64,000 bases of DNA from Frankiales bacterium (GCA_043762595.1 JAYUMN010000054.1:4604-68603); one strand, 5' to 3'. Positions 19,557 to 29,900 are shown, counted from the first letter of the stretch. Numbers and translations: made by a program. Notes: generated by a model not told the origin, from the letters alone.

Positions 19557-20679
19557 TGCGCGCTCCCCTCACCACGGCGGCCAGCTGCTCCAAGGCCGCC
19601 AGACTGTGCCCCTCGACGAAGTCATCAACGTGCGGCAGGGCCGCGGCCATGCCCGCAGCCAGCGGGGCAAATCCCGGCGCGGCCTTGCGCGGGTTGGCCC
19701 AGACGACCCGGTGGGCAAGCCGCTGGAGCCGCTGGACCTGCTCGCCCAGCAGGGTGACGTCGCCGCGCTCCCAGCCGTCCGACAGGATCACCACCACCGC
19801 ACCACGGGCCGTGCCCCGCTGTCCCCAGCGGTCCAGAAACTCCTTGAGCAGCAGCCCGAGCCGGGTGCCCCCGCCGGCGTCCGGCATCGCCTCCGCGACC
19901 GCGGCCATCGCCGCGTCCGGATCCCGCCTGGCCAGCTCGCGGGTGAGCCGCGTCAGCCTGGTCCCGAGGGCGAAGACCTCGGTCGGCTGCCCCCCGCGGC
20001 GGGCGGCAGCGTGCGAGAAGCGCAGCAGCGCCCCGGCGTACCGCTCCATCGAGCCGCTCACGTCGACGAGCAGGACGACCCGGCGCGGCCGGTCCCGGGG
20101 CCGCCGGTGGCGCAGGTCGGCCGGCTCCCCGCCGGCCCGCATCCAGGCCCGCAGGGTGCGTCGGGGGTCGACCTGGCCGCGGGCCGACCGGCCGTGGCGG
20201 CGAGTACGACGGACTTCGCCGGGCAGCCGCATCAGGGCGAGCAGCCGGTGCAGCTCGGCCCTCTCGGTCGCCGACAACGAGGAAACGTCCCGGTGCCGAA
20301 GTTGCTCCTGGCTGCTGGCCGCTGCCGATGCCGAGCCGGTGGCCTCCTCCGGCCCGCCGTCCTCGGTCCCCCCCGCGCCCTCGTCGGAGACGAGTTGGAG
20401 CTTGGGAACCAGGACCCGCTGCCGGCGGACGAGGGTGCCGGGACGGTCACCGAAGTAGGCATCGAAGACGATGTCGTAGCGGCGTCCCTCCTCGACCGTG
20501 CCGCACAGCGTCAGCCGGCCGGCCCAGTAGACGTCGGCCCGGCAGGAGGCGTCGAGGAGCGAGAGCGCCTCGACCGCGGCGTGGACCCTGTCGGGGCTCG
20601 CGGCAACGCCCGCCGCCCGCAGGGTGCGGGCCAGCCCCACCAGGCTGTCGGTGCCGTCATAGGGCACGACGCCGCTCAC
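19549..20679 (-). CDS. coxE: vWA-domain protein, CoxE-like
   Basis: VVLLVDVSGSMERY (MIDAS DxSxS) and ILSDGWERGD. Overlaps both neighbours. Confidence 0.8.
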   Translation of the reverse strand: MSGVVPYDGTDSLVGLARTLRAAGVAASPDRVHAAVEALSLLDASCRADVYWAGRLTLCGTVEEGRRYDIVFDAYFGDRPGTLVRRQRVLVPKLQLVSDEGAGGTEDGGPEEATGSASAAASSQEQLRHRDVSSLSATERAELHRLLALMRLPGEVRRTRRHGRSARGQVDPRRTLRAWMRAGGEPADLRHRRPRDRPRRVVLLVDVSGSMERYAGALLRFSHAAARRGGQPTEVFALGTRLTRLTRELARRDPDAAMAAVAEAMPDAGGGTRLGLLLKEFLDRWGQRGTARGAVVVILSDGWERGDVTLLGEQVQRLQRLAHRVVWANPRKAAPGFAPLAAGMAAALPHVDDFVEGHSLAALEQLAAVVRGARSA

Positions 20680-21587
20680 CCACCGAGGGCCCGGTCGAGC
20701 ATCACACCGACGTCGAGCCGCTTCGCGTGCTCGACGTCCTCGCGGTATTTCAGGACCGCACCGAGGGTCGCCGTTGCCGTGTCGGCATCGAGCCGCTCGG
20801 CACCGAGCGCGACGAGCGCCTGGGTCCAGTCGATGGATTCGGCCACCCCGGGCGGCTTCATCAGGTCCTCCCCACGCAGCGCCTGCACGGCGCCGGCAAC
20901 CTGGCGGGCCAGCTGTTCAGACGCCTCCGGGACGCGCCGGCGGACGATCGCAACCTCGCGCTCGAAGCCAGGGTGCTCGACCCAGTGGTAGAGGCAACGG
21001 CGCTTGAGTGCGTCGTGCACCTCGCGGGTCCGGTTGCTCGTCACGATCACCACCGGCGGCACCTCGGCGTGGATGGTGCCGAGCTCGGGCACGGTGACGG
21101 TGTAGTCCGAGAGCACCTCGAGCAGGAACGCCTCGAACTCATCATCGGCCCGGTCGACCTCGTCGACCAGCAGCACGCTGGGTGTCGTCTCGAGCGCAGC
21201 GAGCAGTGGCCGGGCCAGCAGAAACCGGCGGCTGTAGACCTCCTCCTCAAGCCGCGCTGCGTCGGCTGCGCCAGCTGATTCGGCGGCCCGCAGATGCAGC
21301 AACTGGCGCGGAAAATCCCAGTCGTAGAGCGCCTGCGAGGCATCGATGCCCTCGTAGCACTGCAACCGCAGCAAGGGCGCGGCCAGCACTTCGGACAAGG
21401 CCCGGGCCAGCGAGGTCTTGCCGACGCCCGCCTCGCCCTCCAGAAACAGCGGCCGCGGGAGCGAGAGGGCGAGAAACGCCGCCGTCGCGACGCCGATGTC
21501 GGCCAGGTAGTCCGCCTCACCGAGCAAGCGGGCGAGATCGGCGGGGGTCGCCACCCCCTCGGGCAGCAACCCCCGCCGACCCTCCAC
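20676..21587 (-). CDS. coxD: MoxR-class AAA+ ATPase, CoxD-like
   Basis: LFLEGEAGVGKTSLARAL (Walker A) and LLVDEVDRADDEFE (Walker B). Confidence 0.85.
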   Translation of the reverse strand: MEGRRGLLPEGVATPADLARLLGEADYLADIGVATAAFLALSLPRPLFLEGEAGVGKTSLARALSEVLAAPLLRLQCYEGIDASQALYDWDFPRQLLHLRAAESAGAADAARLEEEVYSRRFLLARPLLAALETTPSVLLVDEVDRADDEFEAFLLEVLSDYTVTVPELGTIHAEVPPVVIVTSNRTREVHDALKRRCLYHWVEHPGFEREVAIVRRRVPEASEQLARQVAGAVQALRGEDLMKPPGVAESIDWTQALVALGAERLDADTATATLGAVLKYREDVEHAKRLDVGVMLDRALGG

Positions 21588-22445
21588 TTACAGCCCTGCA
21601 GCCGTCATGACCGCACGGCGGGTGAGGACGCGCGCGAGGTGCTCGCGGTAGTCGCTCTGCGCCGAGAGGTCTGCGGGCGCGTTCGTGCCGTCCGCCGCGT
21701 GCGCGGCGGCCGCCTCGACCGCCCCGGCCTCGGCCGGCGCGCCGGCCAGGGCCGCCTCGACCGCGCTGGCGCGGACCGGCGTCGAGCCCATGTTGGTCAG
21801 GCCGACCCGGGCCTCGGCAATCGAGCCGTTCTCGCGCCGAACCGCGACGGCCGCCCCGACGATCGCCCACGCCTGCGCGGTGCGGTTGAACTTCTCGTAC
21901 GCGACCCCCCACTGCCCCTCCAGCTTGGGCACCCGGACCTCGACCAACACCTCGTCCGGCGAGAGCGAGGTCTGCAGGTAGTCCAGGAAGAAGTCAGCGG
22001 CCTTGATGGTGCGCCGGCCGCCGGGACCCTCCGCGACGAGCGTCGCATCGAGCGCCAGGGCCACCGCCGCCAGGTCGCCGGCCGGGTCGGCGTGGGCCAG
22101 GGCGCCACCGAACGTGCCGCGGTGCCGGACCGCGGGATCGGCGACCGTGGCGGAGGCCTCAACCACCAGTGCGGCGTACTGCTTCACCAGCGGGTCGGTG
22201 ATGACGTCGGCGTGCCGGGTCATCGCGCCGATGACGAGCTCGCTGCCCTCCTCGCGGACGCCGCGCAACGCACTGATCTTGCGCAGGTCAACCAGCACAG
22301 AGGGGAAGGACAGCCGCAGCCGCAGGACCGGGATCAAGCTCTGGCCACCGGCGAGGATCTTGCCGTCCTCGCCGGCTTCAGTCAGCGCGATGATGGCATC
22401 GGCGACCGAAGCAGGCGCCACGTAGTCGAACTGGGCGGGAATCAT
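21588..22445 (-). CDS. coxM: FAD-binding medium subunit of xanthine-dehydrogenase/CODH-family enzyme
   Basis: MIPAQFDYVAPASVADAI...KILAGGQSLIPVLRLRL. ATGA overlap with the coxL stop. Confidence 0.88.
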   Translation of the reverse strand: MIPAQFDYVAPASVADAIIALTEAGEDGKILAGGQSLIPVLRLRLSFPSVLVDLRKISALRGVREEGSELVIGAMTRHADVITDPLVKQYAALVVEASATVADPAVRHRGTFGGALAHADPAGDLAAVALALDATLVAEGPGGRRTIKAADFFLDYLQTSLSPDEVLVEVRVPKLEGQWGVAYEKFNRTAQAWAIVGAAVAVRRENGSIAEARVGLTNMGSTPVRASAVEAALAGAPAEAGAVEAAAAHAADGTNAPADLSAQSDYREHLARVLTRRAVMTAAGL

Positions 22446-24958
22446 GCATTGCTCCCGGCGGTGGTCGAGGTGGAGGCGCCGCCGTAGCTGACGGTACCGC
22501 TGAGCTCCCGGTCGGCCCCGGCGTCCTTGGCTCCGTTGATCAGCCGCCACACCCGCTCGGGCGTGGCCGGCATGTCGATATCGTTGACACCGAACGGTCG
22601 CAGCGCATCGACGACCGCGTTGATCACAGCCGGCGTCGAGGCGATGCAGCCGGCCTCACCAACGCCCTTGACACCCAGCGGGTTGCTCGTCGCCGGGGTC
22701 TCGGTGCGGCCGGTGTCGAAGTGCGGCAGGTCGGCCGCGCTCGGCAGCAGGTAGTCGACCATCGTGCCGGTGACCAGGTTGCCCTCGGCGTCGTAGATGG
22801 CCTCCTCGTAGAGCGCCTGCGCGATGCCCTGGGCAAGCCCGCCGTGGATCTGCCCCTCGACGATGACCGGGTTGATGATCTTGCCGATATCGTCGACGCA
22901 GACGTACTTGCGGATCTTGGTGAAGCCGGTCTCGGTGTCGATCTCCACCGCGCACAGGTGCGTGCCATGTGGGTAGGAGAAGTTCTCCGGGTCGTAGACG
23001 TAGTCGCTGTCGAGCGTCGGCTCCATGCCGTCCGGCAGGTTGTGTGCCGCAAACGTCGCGAGTGCCACCTGTTGGATGGTCATGCTGGCCTCCGGCGAGC
23101 CCTTCACCGAGAACGTCCCGCCGCTGAACTCGATGTCACCCTCGGCCGCTTCGAGCAGGTGTGCGGCGATGCGCTTGGCCTTGTCGAGCACCTTGCCGGT
23201 CGCCTTGTGGATCGCGACGCCGCCGACGACCAGCGAACGCGAGCCGTAGGTGTCCATCCCCTTTGGGCTCGACTGGGTGTCACCGGCGATGAGCTCGACG
23301 TCCTCGAACGGCACGCCGAGCGAGTCCGCCACGATCTGGCTCCACGCGGTGTGGTGGCCCTGGCCGTGCGGGGTCGCGCCCGACACGACCTCCACCTTGC
23401 CGGTCGGTAACATCCGGATCGACGCCGACTCCCAGCCGCCGGCGCCGTAGGACAGCGAGCCAAGCACCCGAGACGGGGCGAGGCCGCACATCTCGGTGAA
23501 CGTCGAGATCCCGATGCCCAGCTGGACCCGATCCTTGCGCTCGCGCCGCTCGACCTGCTCGGCCCGCAAGCCGACCATGTCGAACATCTGCTCGGCCTTC
23601 TCGGTGGCCGCCTCGTAGTTGCCGCTGTCGTAGGTGAGCCCCGCGATCATCGTGTACGGGAACTCCTCGTGCTTGATCCAGTTCTGCTTGCGCAGCTCCA
23701 TCGGGTCGCGCCCGAGGGTGACAGCCAGCTCATCCATGATCCGCTCGATCGCGTACGTCGCCTCCGGGCGACCCGCGCCGCGATAGGCATCGGTCGGGGT
23801 CTTGGTGGTGAACACGCCCTGGCAGATAAATCGGTAGGCGGCCATCTTGTAGATCGCCGGGAACATGAAGGCGCCCAGGATCGGCACGCCAGGGGTGACC
23901 AGCTGCAGGTAGGCCCCCATGTCGGCGAGCAGCTCGACCTTGAGGCCGAGCAGGGTGCCGTCCTTCTTGGCGGCGATGGTGATGTCCTGGATCTGGTCGC
24001 GGCCGTGCGTCGTGGCCTGGTAGTTCTCGCTGCGCGACTCGGTCCACTTGATCGGCCGACCGAGCTTGCGGGCCACCACCAGGGCGAGGATCTCCTCGGC
24101 GTAGACGTTGAGCTTCGCGCCGAAGCCGCCGCCGACGTCGGGTGCCACGACGCGCAGCTTGTGCTCCGGGATGCCGGTGGTCAGGGCCAACATCACCCGC
24201 AGGATGTGCGGGATCTGGGTGGTGGAGTACATCGTGAACTCGTCGGCCGCGGCGATCGGGGCGACCACGACGCCGCGCGGCTCCATCGGCGTCGGGATGA
24301 GCCGCTGCTGCAGGAACCGGCGCTTGACGACCACACAGTCGTCACCGGCAGCGGCGACCGTCTCGTCGTAGTCCGCACCCGCGCCGGGGAAGTCGAACAG
24401 GAAGCACTGATTGGTGCCCTTGTCGCTGTGCACCAGGGGCGCACCCTCCTTGAGGGCCTCCTCCATGTTGACGACGGCCGGCAGCTGGTCATACTCGACC
24501 GCGATCGCCTCGAGCGCGTCAGCCGCGGCGTAGCGGTCCCGGGCGATGACGACGGCCACGCCGTCGCCGGAGTACTTGACCTCGTCAATAGCCAGCGGGG
24601 TGTGCACCGGCGAGACCATGTCGGGCGTGACCGGCCAGGCGCAGGGCATCGAGGGCCCCATCACATCGGCGAGGTCCCGGCCGCTGTAGGCGGCGATGAC
24701 GCCGGGCATCTCCAAGGCAGCCGACACGTCGACCGAGAGGATCTTGGCGTGCGCCATCGGGCTGCGCAGCACCGCCATGTGCAGCAGGCCGGGCAAGGTG
24801 ATGTTGTCGGTCCAGTTGGTCTGACCGGTCAGCAGCTTGGCGTCCTCCTTGCGGCGCCGCCCGCGACCCAGCTCGCCACCGGCGTACGGCGAGGAGAGGG
24901 CATCGGGGTGTTGGGTGATCTGCTCGGCGATCAGGCCGGCATCGAGTTGCTCGGTCAT
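22442..24958 (-). CDS. coxL: molybdopterin-binding large subunit, form-II CoxL-like (AYRGAGR active-site variant)
   Basis: GRGRRRKEDAKLLTG, GGGFG, and AYRGAGRPEATYAIERIMDE encoded at 23768-23788. Start ATG at 24958 (MTEQLD) overlaps the coxS stop. Confidence 0.9.
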   Translation of the reverse strand: MTEQLDAGLIAEQITQHPDALSSPYAGGELGRGRRRKEDAKLLTGQTNWTDNITLPGLLHMAVLRSPMAHAKILSVDVSAALEMPGVIAAYSGRDLADVMGPSMPCAWPVTPDMVSPVHTPLAIDEVKYSGDGVAVVIARDRYAAADALEAIAVEYDQLPAVVNMEEALKEGAPLVHSDKGTNQCFLFDFPGAGADYDETVAAAGDDCVVVKRRFLQQRLIPTPMEPRGVVVAPIAAADEFTMYSTTQIPHILRVMLALTTGIPEHKLRVVAPDVGGGFGAKLNVYAEEILALVVARKLGRPIKWTESRSENYQATTHGRDQIQDITIAAKKDGTLLGLKVELLADMGAYLQLVTPGVPILGAFMFPAIYKMAAYRFICQGVFTTKTPTDAYRGAGRPEATYAIERIMDELAVTLGRDPMELRKQNWIKHEEFPYTMIAGLTYDSGNYEAATEKAEQMFDMVGLRAEQVERRERKDRVQLGIGISTFTEMCGLAPSRVLGSLSYGAGGWESASIRMLPTGKVEVVSGATPHGQGHHTAWSQIVADSLGVPFEDVELIAGDTQSSPKGMDTYGSRSLVVGGVAIHKATGKVLDKAKRIAAHLLEAAEGDIEFSGGTFSVKGSPEASMTIQQVALATFAAHNLPDGMEPTLDSDYVYDPENFSYPHGTHLCAVEIDTETGFTKIRKYVCVDDIGKIINPVIVEGQIHGGLAQGIAQALYEEAIYDAEGNLVTGTMVDYLLPSAADLPHFDTGRTETPATSNPLGVKGVGEAGCIASTPAVINAVVDALRPFGVNDIDMPATPERVWRLINGAKDAGADRELSGTVSYGGASTSTTAGSNA

Positions 24959-25491
24959 GCGTGCACCTCCGTCTTCTCGGTGGAGTCCTGGAAGGACCCC
25001 TTGTGGGGCGCCTCGCCGCGCATCTCGGCGGCGGCCGAAAGGACCGCCTTGACGATGTTCTGATACCCGGTACATCGGCAGAGGTTGCCCTCCAGGCCGT
25101 GCCGCACCTCGTCCTCGGTGGGGCTGGGGTTGTTCTTGAGCAAGTCGACCGTGGCCAGCACCATGCCCGGGGTGCAGTAGCCGCACTGCAGGCCGTGGTG
25201 CTCCTGGAACGCCCGCTGCACGGGGTGCCATTGGCTCGCCCCGCCCTCCATCGAGGCAAGCCCCTGGATGGTGGTGATGTCCTCGCCGTCGGCCTGGACG
25301 GCCAGGACGGAGCAGGACTTCACCGACTCGCCACCAATCAGCACGATGCACGCGCCGCAGTTCGACGTGTCGCACCCGATCGGGGTGCCGACCCGGCCGA
25401 GCCCGTCGCGTAGGTGGTGGGTGAGCAGCTTGCGGGGTTCGACGTCGTCTTCGTAGACGACCCCATCAACCTTCATGGACACACGAGTCAT
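24955..25491 (-). CDS. coxS: [2Fe-2S]-binding small subunit
   Basis: GCDTSNCGACIVLIGGESVKSCS and QCGYCTPGM...LCRCTGY. GAGGAG RBS 6 nt upstream. Confidence 0.9.
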   Translation of the reverse strand: MTRVSMKVDGVVYEDDVEPRKLLTHHLRDGLGRVGTPIGCDTSNCGACIVLIGGESVKSCSVLAVQADGEDITTIQGLASMEGGASQWHPVQRAFQEHHGLQCGYCTPGMVLATVDLLKNNPSPTEDEVRHGLEGNLCRCTGYQNIVKAVLSAAAEMRGEAPHKGSFQDSTEKTEVHA

Positions 25492-25564
25492 CGGCGCTCC
25501 TCAGCGGATGCGGGCTGGTCACGACATCGACTGAAGCACCCGGACCAACCGCCCGCGGGTGCAA

Positions 25565-25590
25565 CCGACCCGCCGGGCAGGGCGGGTCGG
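25565..25590. promoter_or_regulatory. 10-bp GC hairpin inside the 336-bp coxS/moaA divergent intergenic region
   Basis: ccgacccgcc-gggcag-ggcgggtcgg, read directly. Function unknown. Confidence 0.25.
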
Positions 25591-25827
25591 GGCCCCCGCG
25601 CGACGGCGGGCAGACGGATCGCCCCGCGGTGTCGCGCTGTGATCCCCGTCTATGACCGAGACCACAGTGCTGACCGTATGCCGGACGCCACACAAGGGCA
25701 ATTGCGGGGGGGGTGGGGGGCCACGAACGGCCCCGCATTCGCCGCAGCTGCGCACGGACTGGGGCTCGCGGGCCGCAAGCGCGGGAGCATTGTCGACGTT
25801 CCGTCCGGCGGACTACCGTCAAAACCA

Positions 25828-26859
25828 ATGACCCCTTCTCTCGCAGCTTCGCTCCCCCGACCGGCCGCCCTCGACCGCCTCGCGCGGCCCCTGCGCGACC
25901 TACGGGTCTCGGTGACCGACCGCTGCAACTTCCGCTGCCCGTACTGCATGCCGCGCGAACTGTTCGGCCCGGACCACGCCTTCCTACCCCGGTCGGAACT
26001 GCTCAGCTTCGAAGAGCTCGGCCGGCTGATCCGGGTCTTCGCCGAGCTCGGCGTGACCAAGGTGCGCCTGACCGGTGGCGAACCGCTGCTGCGCCGCGAC
26101 CTCGAGGTGCTCGTCGGCCAGGTCGCGCGGACACCCGGCATCGAGGACATCGCGCTGACGACCAACGGTTCGCTGCTGACCGAGCGGGCAGCGGGCCTGG
26201 CCGCGGCCGGCCTCCGCCGCGTCACGGTGTCACTGGACTCCCTCGAACCGGCGGTCTTCGCCGAGCTCGGCGACACCAAGGTGCCGCTCCAGCGGGTGCT
26301 GGACGGCATCGCCGCGGCGAGCGAGGCGGGGCTCGGCCCGATCAAGCTCAACACCGTCCTGCGCCGCGGGGTGAACGACGACGGCTTGCTCGACCTGGTC
26401 GAGTTCGCCCGCACCGGAGGACATGTGCTCCGGCTCATCGAATACATGGACGTCGGCACCACCAACGGTTGGGAGCTCACCGAGGTCGTCCCCGCAGCCG
26501 AGGTCCTGGCGCGGGTCGGCGCGGTGCATCCGCTCGAGCCCTTCCCCGAGGACGGGGTGGCCGAGCGGTTCCGCTACCTCGACGGCGGCGGGGAGCTCGG
26601 CGTGATCAGTTCGGTGAGCAAGCCGTTCTGCGGCACCTGCACCCGGGCCCGCCTCACCGCGGTCGGCGAGTTGTTCACCTGCCTGTTCGCCGCGACCGGC
26701 ACCGATCTGCGCGCCGTCCTACGCGCCGGGGTGAGTGACGACGACCTGCGCGAGGCGGTCGGGGGCCGGTGGGCCCGTCGTGACGACCGCTACTCCGAGT
26801 TGCGGGGCGAAGGCGCCACCGATCTCCCGCGCGCCGAGATGAGCTACCTCGGCGGGTAA
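25828..26859 (+). CDS. moaA: GTP 3',8-cyclase (radical SAM, molybdenum cofactor biosynthesis)
   Basis: LRVSVTDRCNFRCPYCMP (CxxxCxxC), GVTKVRLTGGEPLLR, and a C-terminal FCGTCTRARLT cluster. ATG at 25828. Confidence 0.9.
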   Translation: MTPSLAASLPRPAALDRLARPLRDLRVSVTDRCNFRCPYCMPRELFGPDHAFLPRSELLSFEELGRLIRVFAELGVTKVRLTGGEPLLRRDLEVLVGQVARTPGIEDIALTTNGSLLTERAAGLAAAGLRRVTVSLDSLEPAVFAELGDTKVPLQRVLDGIAAASEAGLGPIKLNTVLRRGVNDDGLLDLVEFARTGGHVLRLIEYMDVGTTNGWELTEVVPAAEVLARVGAVHPLEPFPEDGVAERFRYLDGGGELGVISSVSKPFCGTCTRARLTAVGELFTCLFAATGTDLRAVLRAGVSDDDLREAVGGRWARRDDRYSELRGEGATDLPRAEMSYLGG

Positions 26860-26873
26860 GGCAGGGTAGTTCG

Positions 26874-27668
26874 ATGGACTGGAGCCTGCGCGCCTGCGCC
26901 CGCAAGGGCCACGAGACCTACGCCCCGAACGACACCGACCTGCGGGACCGGTTGCACGTGCAGACCTCCGTCGGCGAGGCCTGGCGGTGCCTTCGCTGCG
27001 CGACGTACGTCGTCGGCGAACCGGTGGGCAGCGGACCGGCTCAGCACGCCCCGGTTGTCCTACGCGGCCGGGCCGTCCGGGATGCGCTGGTGCTGCGGCT
27101 GCTGGCCGCCGAACGCGGGGTCCGGGGCCTGCTGCTGCTCGGCCTGGCCTACGCGGTCCTGCGCTTCCGGGACTCCAAGGCTTCCCTGCAGGCGACCTTC
27201 GAGCAGGCGGTGCCAGCGGCCCGACCGCTCGGCCGGGTCCTGCACATCGACCTTGATACCAGCCCGACGATCGAGCGGATCCGGCATCTGCTGTCGTCCG
27301 GGTCGCACACCCTGTCCCTGGTCGCGGTCGGCTTGGTCGCCTACGGGGCGCTCGAACTCCTGGAGGCGGTGGGGCTGTTCCTGCTCAAGCGCTGGGGTGA
27401 ATATGTCGCGGCCGTCGGCACGTCGATCTTCCTGCCGTACGAGGTCTACGAGCTGCTGCACAGGCTGACCCCGCTCAAGACCGGGGCCTTCTTGCTCAAC
27501 GTCGCCGCCGTCGCCTACCTGGTGCTGACCAAGCGGCTGTTCGGGGTGCGGGGCGGCCGGGCCGCCTTCGACGCCGAGCGGGAGTCCGAATCCCTGCTCG
27601 AGGTGGAGTCCGCCGCACTCTCGCGCGGGGGCCGTTCGCACGGGCCCATCCAGGCCGGCACCGGCTGA
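26874..27668 (+). CDS. DUF2127-like integral membrane protein
   Basis: Pattern LRLLAAERGVRGLLLLGLAYAVLRF ... KRWGEYVAAVGTSIFLPYEVYELL ... LNVAAVAYLVL, as I recall for DUF2127. Confidence 0.6.
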   Translation: MDWSLRACARKGHETYAPNDTDLRDRLHVQTSVGEAWRCLRCATYVVGEPVGSGPAQHAPVVLRGRAVRDALVLRLLAAERGVRGLLLLGLAYAVLRFRDSKASLQATFEQAVPAARPLGRVLHIDLDTSPTIERIRHLLSSGSHTLSLVAVGLVAYGALELLEAVGLFLLKRWGEYVAAVGTSIFLPYEVYELLHRLTPLKTGAFLLNVAAVAYLVLTKRLFGVRGGRAAFDAERESESLLEVESAALSRGGRSHGPIQAGTG

Positions 27669-27669
27669 C

Positions 27670-28683
27670 TCAGCTCAGCGCGGCCACCAGCTCGTCCGCA
27701 GCGGTGTACGGGTCGAGCTGACCGGCGACCACCCGGTCGGCGAGCAGGTCCAAAGCATCCCCGCCGCGCAGGTCGCCGATCCTGGCGCGCAGGACGGTCA
27801 ACGCGATCGCCTCCACCTCGTCGGCGGCCCGCTTGGCCCGCCGCCGGGCCAGCTGACCGTTGCCGGCGAGCCACTCGCCGTGCCGCTCGATCGCATCCAC
27901 CACCTCGTCGGCACCTTCGCCCTTGGCGGCGATCGTCTTGACGATGGGCACCCGCCATCCATCGTCGGTACGGCGGTCGCCGAGCGAGAGCATGTAGCGC
28001 AGGTCGCGCACCACCGTGTCGGCCCCGTCCCGGTCGGCCTTGTTGACGACAAACACGTCGGCCACCTCCAAGATGCCGGCCTTGGCGGCCTGGATCCCGT
28101 CCCCCATGCCGGGCGCGAGCAGCACCAGCGTGGTGTCGGCGAGCGAGGCGATCTCGACCTCGGCCTGCCCGACGCCGACCGTCTCGACGAGCACGACGTC
28201 GCAGCCGGCTGCCGAAAGCACCCGCAGGGCCTGGGGTGTCGACCAGGACAACCCGCCAAGGTGCCCCCGGGAGGCCATCGAGCGGATGAAGACGCCGTCG
28301 TCGGTCGCGTGGTCCTGCATCCGCACCCGGTCGCCGAGCAGCGCCCCGCCCGAGAACGGCGAGCTCGGGTCGACCGCGAGCACCCCGACCTTCATCCCCC
28401 GCCGGCGGTACGCCGCGACGAGGGCGTTCGTGGAGGTCGACTTCCCGACGCCGGGCGAGCCCGTCAGGCCCACAACGCGGGCGTGGCCGGCTCGCGGCGC
28501 GAGCAGCGCCATCACCTCGCGCAGGGCTGGTGAGGCGTCCTCGACCAGGCTGATCAGCCGAGCGACGGCCCGCGCCTCACCCGTCTCGGCGCGGGCGACG
28601 AGGTCGGGGACGTCGAGCGACCGGCCCGCCCTCAAGCCGGGACGTGCAGGATGAGCGCGTCGCCCTGGCCGCCGCCGCCGCAC
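27670..28683 (-). CDS. meaB: methylmalonyl-CoA-mutase-associated G-protein chaperone (MeaB/ArgK)
   Basis: [50 protein letters not shown]. The start is uncertain: GTG at 28683, or TTG at 28635 overlapping the thiolase stop as TTGA. Confidence 0.88.
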   Translation of the reverse strand: MRRRRPGRRAHPARPGLRAGRSLDVPDLVARAETGEARAVARLISLVEDASPALREVMALLAPRAGHARVVGLTGSPGVGKSTSTNALVAAYRRRGMKVGVLAVDPSSPFSGGALLGDRVRMQDHATDDGVFIRSMASRGHLGGLSWSTPQALRVLSAAGCDVVLVETVGVGQAEVEIASLADTTLVLLAPGMGDGIQAAKAGILEVADVFVVNKADRDGADTVVRDLRYMLSLGDRRTDDGWRVPIVKTIAAKGEGADEVVDAIERHGEWLAGNGQLARRRAKRAADEVEAIALTVLRARIGDLRGGDALDLLADRVVAGQLDPYTAADELVAALS

Positions 28684-29831
28684 AGCGCAGCTGCGCCGAT
28701 ACCGCCGCCCCGACGCTTGAGTTCGTGCGCCAGGTGCAGCACGAGCCTGGCTCCGGAGGCGCCGATCGGATGGCCGAGGGCGATCGCGCCGCCATTGACG
28801 TTGACCCGGTCCGGCTCGACGCCGAGCGCGCGGGTCGAGGCGATGCCGACGGCCGCAAAGGCCTCGTTGAGCTCGAACAGGTCGACGTCGCCGATGGCCA
28901 GGCCCTCCCTCGCGAGCGCCTTGGTGATGGCGTTGGCGGGCTGCTCCTGCAGCGAGTTGTCCGGACCGGCCACGATCCCGTGGGCGCCGATCTCGGCCAG
29001 CCAGCTGAGCCCCAGCGACTCCGCCTTCGTCTTGCTCATCACCACGACAACTGCTGCCCCGTCGGAAATCTGCGAGGCATTTCCAGCGCTGATCGAGCCG
29101 TCCTTGGTGAAGGCAGGCTTGAGCTTGGCGAGCGACTCCGGCGTCGTACCGGGGCGAACACCCTCGTCCTCGCTGACGACGACCGGCTCACCCCGGCGTT
29201 GCGGGATCGTGACGGGGACGATCTCGTCGGCGAACCGCCCGTCCTTGATGGCCGCGGCAGCCAACTCATGGCTACGGGCCGCGAACTCGTCCTGCTCCTC
29301 GCGGGTCATCGGCGCGAAGTTGGCCTGGTGCCGTTCGGTGCCCTCGCCCATCGGGACCCGGTCGAAGGCGTCGAACAGCCCGTCGTGGAAGGTGGCGTCG
29401 ACGAGCTCTGCGTTGCCGTAGCGGTAGCCCTGCCGGGCCTTGGGCAGCAGGTACGGCGCGTTGGTCATCGACTCCATGCCGCCGGCGACAACGACCTCGA
29501 CCTCACCGGCGCGGATGAGCTGGTCAGCCAGGGCGATCGCGTCGAGCCCGGACAGGCAGACCTTGTTGATAGTCAACGACGGGACGCTCATCGAGATGCC
29601 GCCCTTGACCGCGGCCTGGCGAGCGGTCATCTGGCCCTGCCCGGCCTGCAGGACGTGACCCATGATCACGTAGTCGACCTGATCGGGCGCCACCCCCGAC
29701 CGCTCGAGCGCCGCCGCGATGGCGAAACCACCCAGGTCCATCGCGCTGAAATCCTTCAGCACGCCGGACAGCTTGCCGATGGGCGTGCGCGCTCCGGCGA
29801 CGATGACGGACGGATTCTCTCGGCTGGCCAC
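28632..29831 (-). CDS. acetyl-CoA acetyltransferase (thiolase II)
   Basis: [24 protein letters not shown] (active-site Cys), [29 protein letters not shown] at 29831. Confidence 0.9.
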   Translation of the reverse strand: MASRENPSVIVAGARTPIGKLSGVLKDFSAMDLGGFAIAAALERSGVAPDQVDYVIMGHVLQAGQGQMTARQAAVKGGISMSVPSLTINKVCLSGLDAIALADQLIRAGEVEVVVAGGMESMTNAPYLLPKARQGYRYGNAELVDATFHDGLFDAFDRVPMGEGTERHQANFAPMTREEQDEFAARSHELAAAAIKDGRFADEIVPVTIPQRRGEPVVVSEDEGVRPGTTPESLAKLKPAFTKDGSISAGNASQISDGAAVVVVMSKTKAESLGLSWLAEIGAHGIVAGPDNSLQEQPANAITKALAREGLAIGDVDLFELNEAFAAVGIASTRALGVEPDRVNVNGGAIALGHPIGASGARLVLHLAHELKRRGGGIGAAALCGGGGQGDALILHVPA

Positions 29832-29900
29832 GGGGTTCCTCCAGGGACGGGCGGTGCTGCAACGATACGAGCCACGTCCAGCACTGCCCCGAGGAGCCCC

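Noticed and set aside
25706-25720. G8-T-G6 run as a G-quadruplex or slippage-based phase-variation site
   Set aside because: There are only two G-tracts, which is not the four needed for an intramolecular G4. The run is intergenic, so there is no frame to switch. I kept it only as a descriptive note within the coxS/moaA control-region finding.
25492-25827. Moco riboswitch upstream of moaA
   Set aside because: I could not find the conserved Moco-motif sequence blocks by eye. A covariance-model search is needed, so no feature is called.
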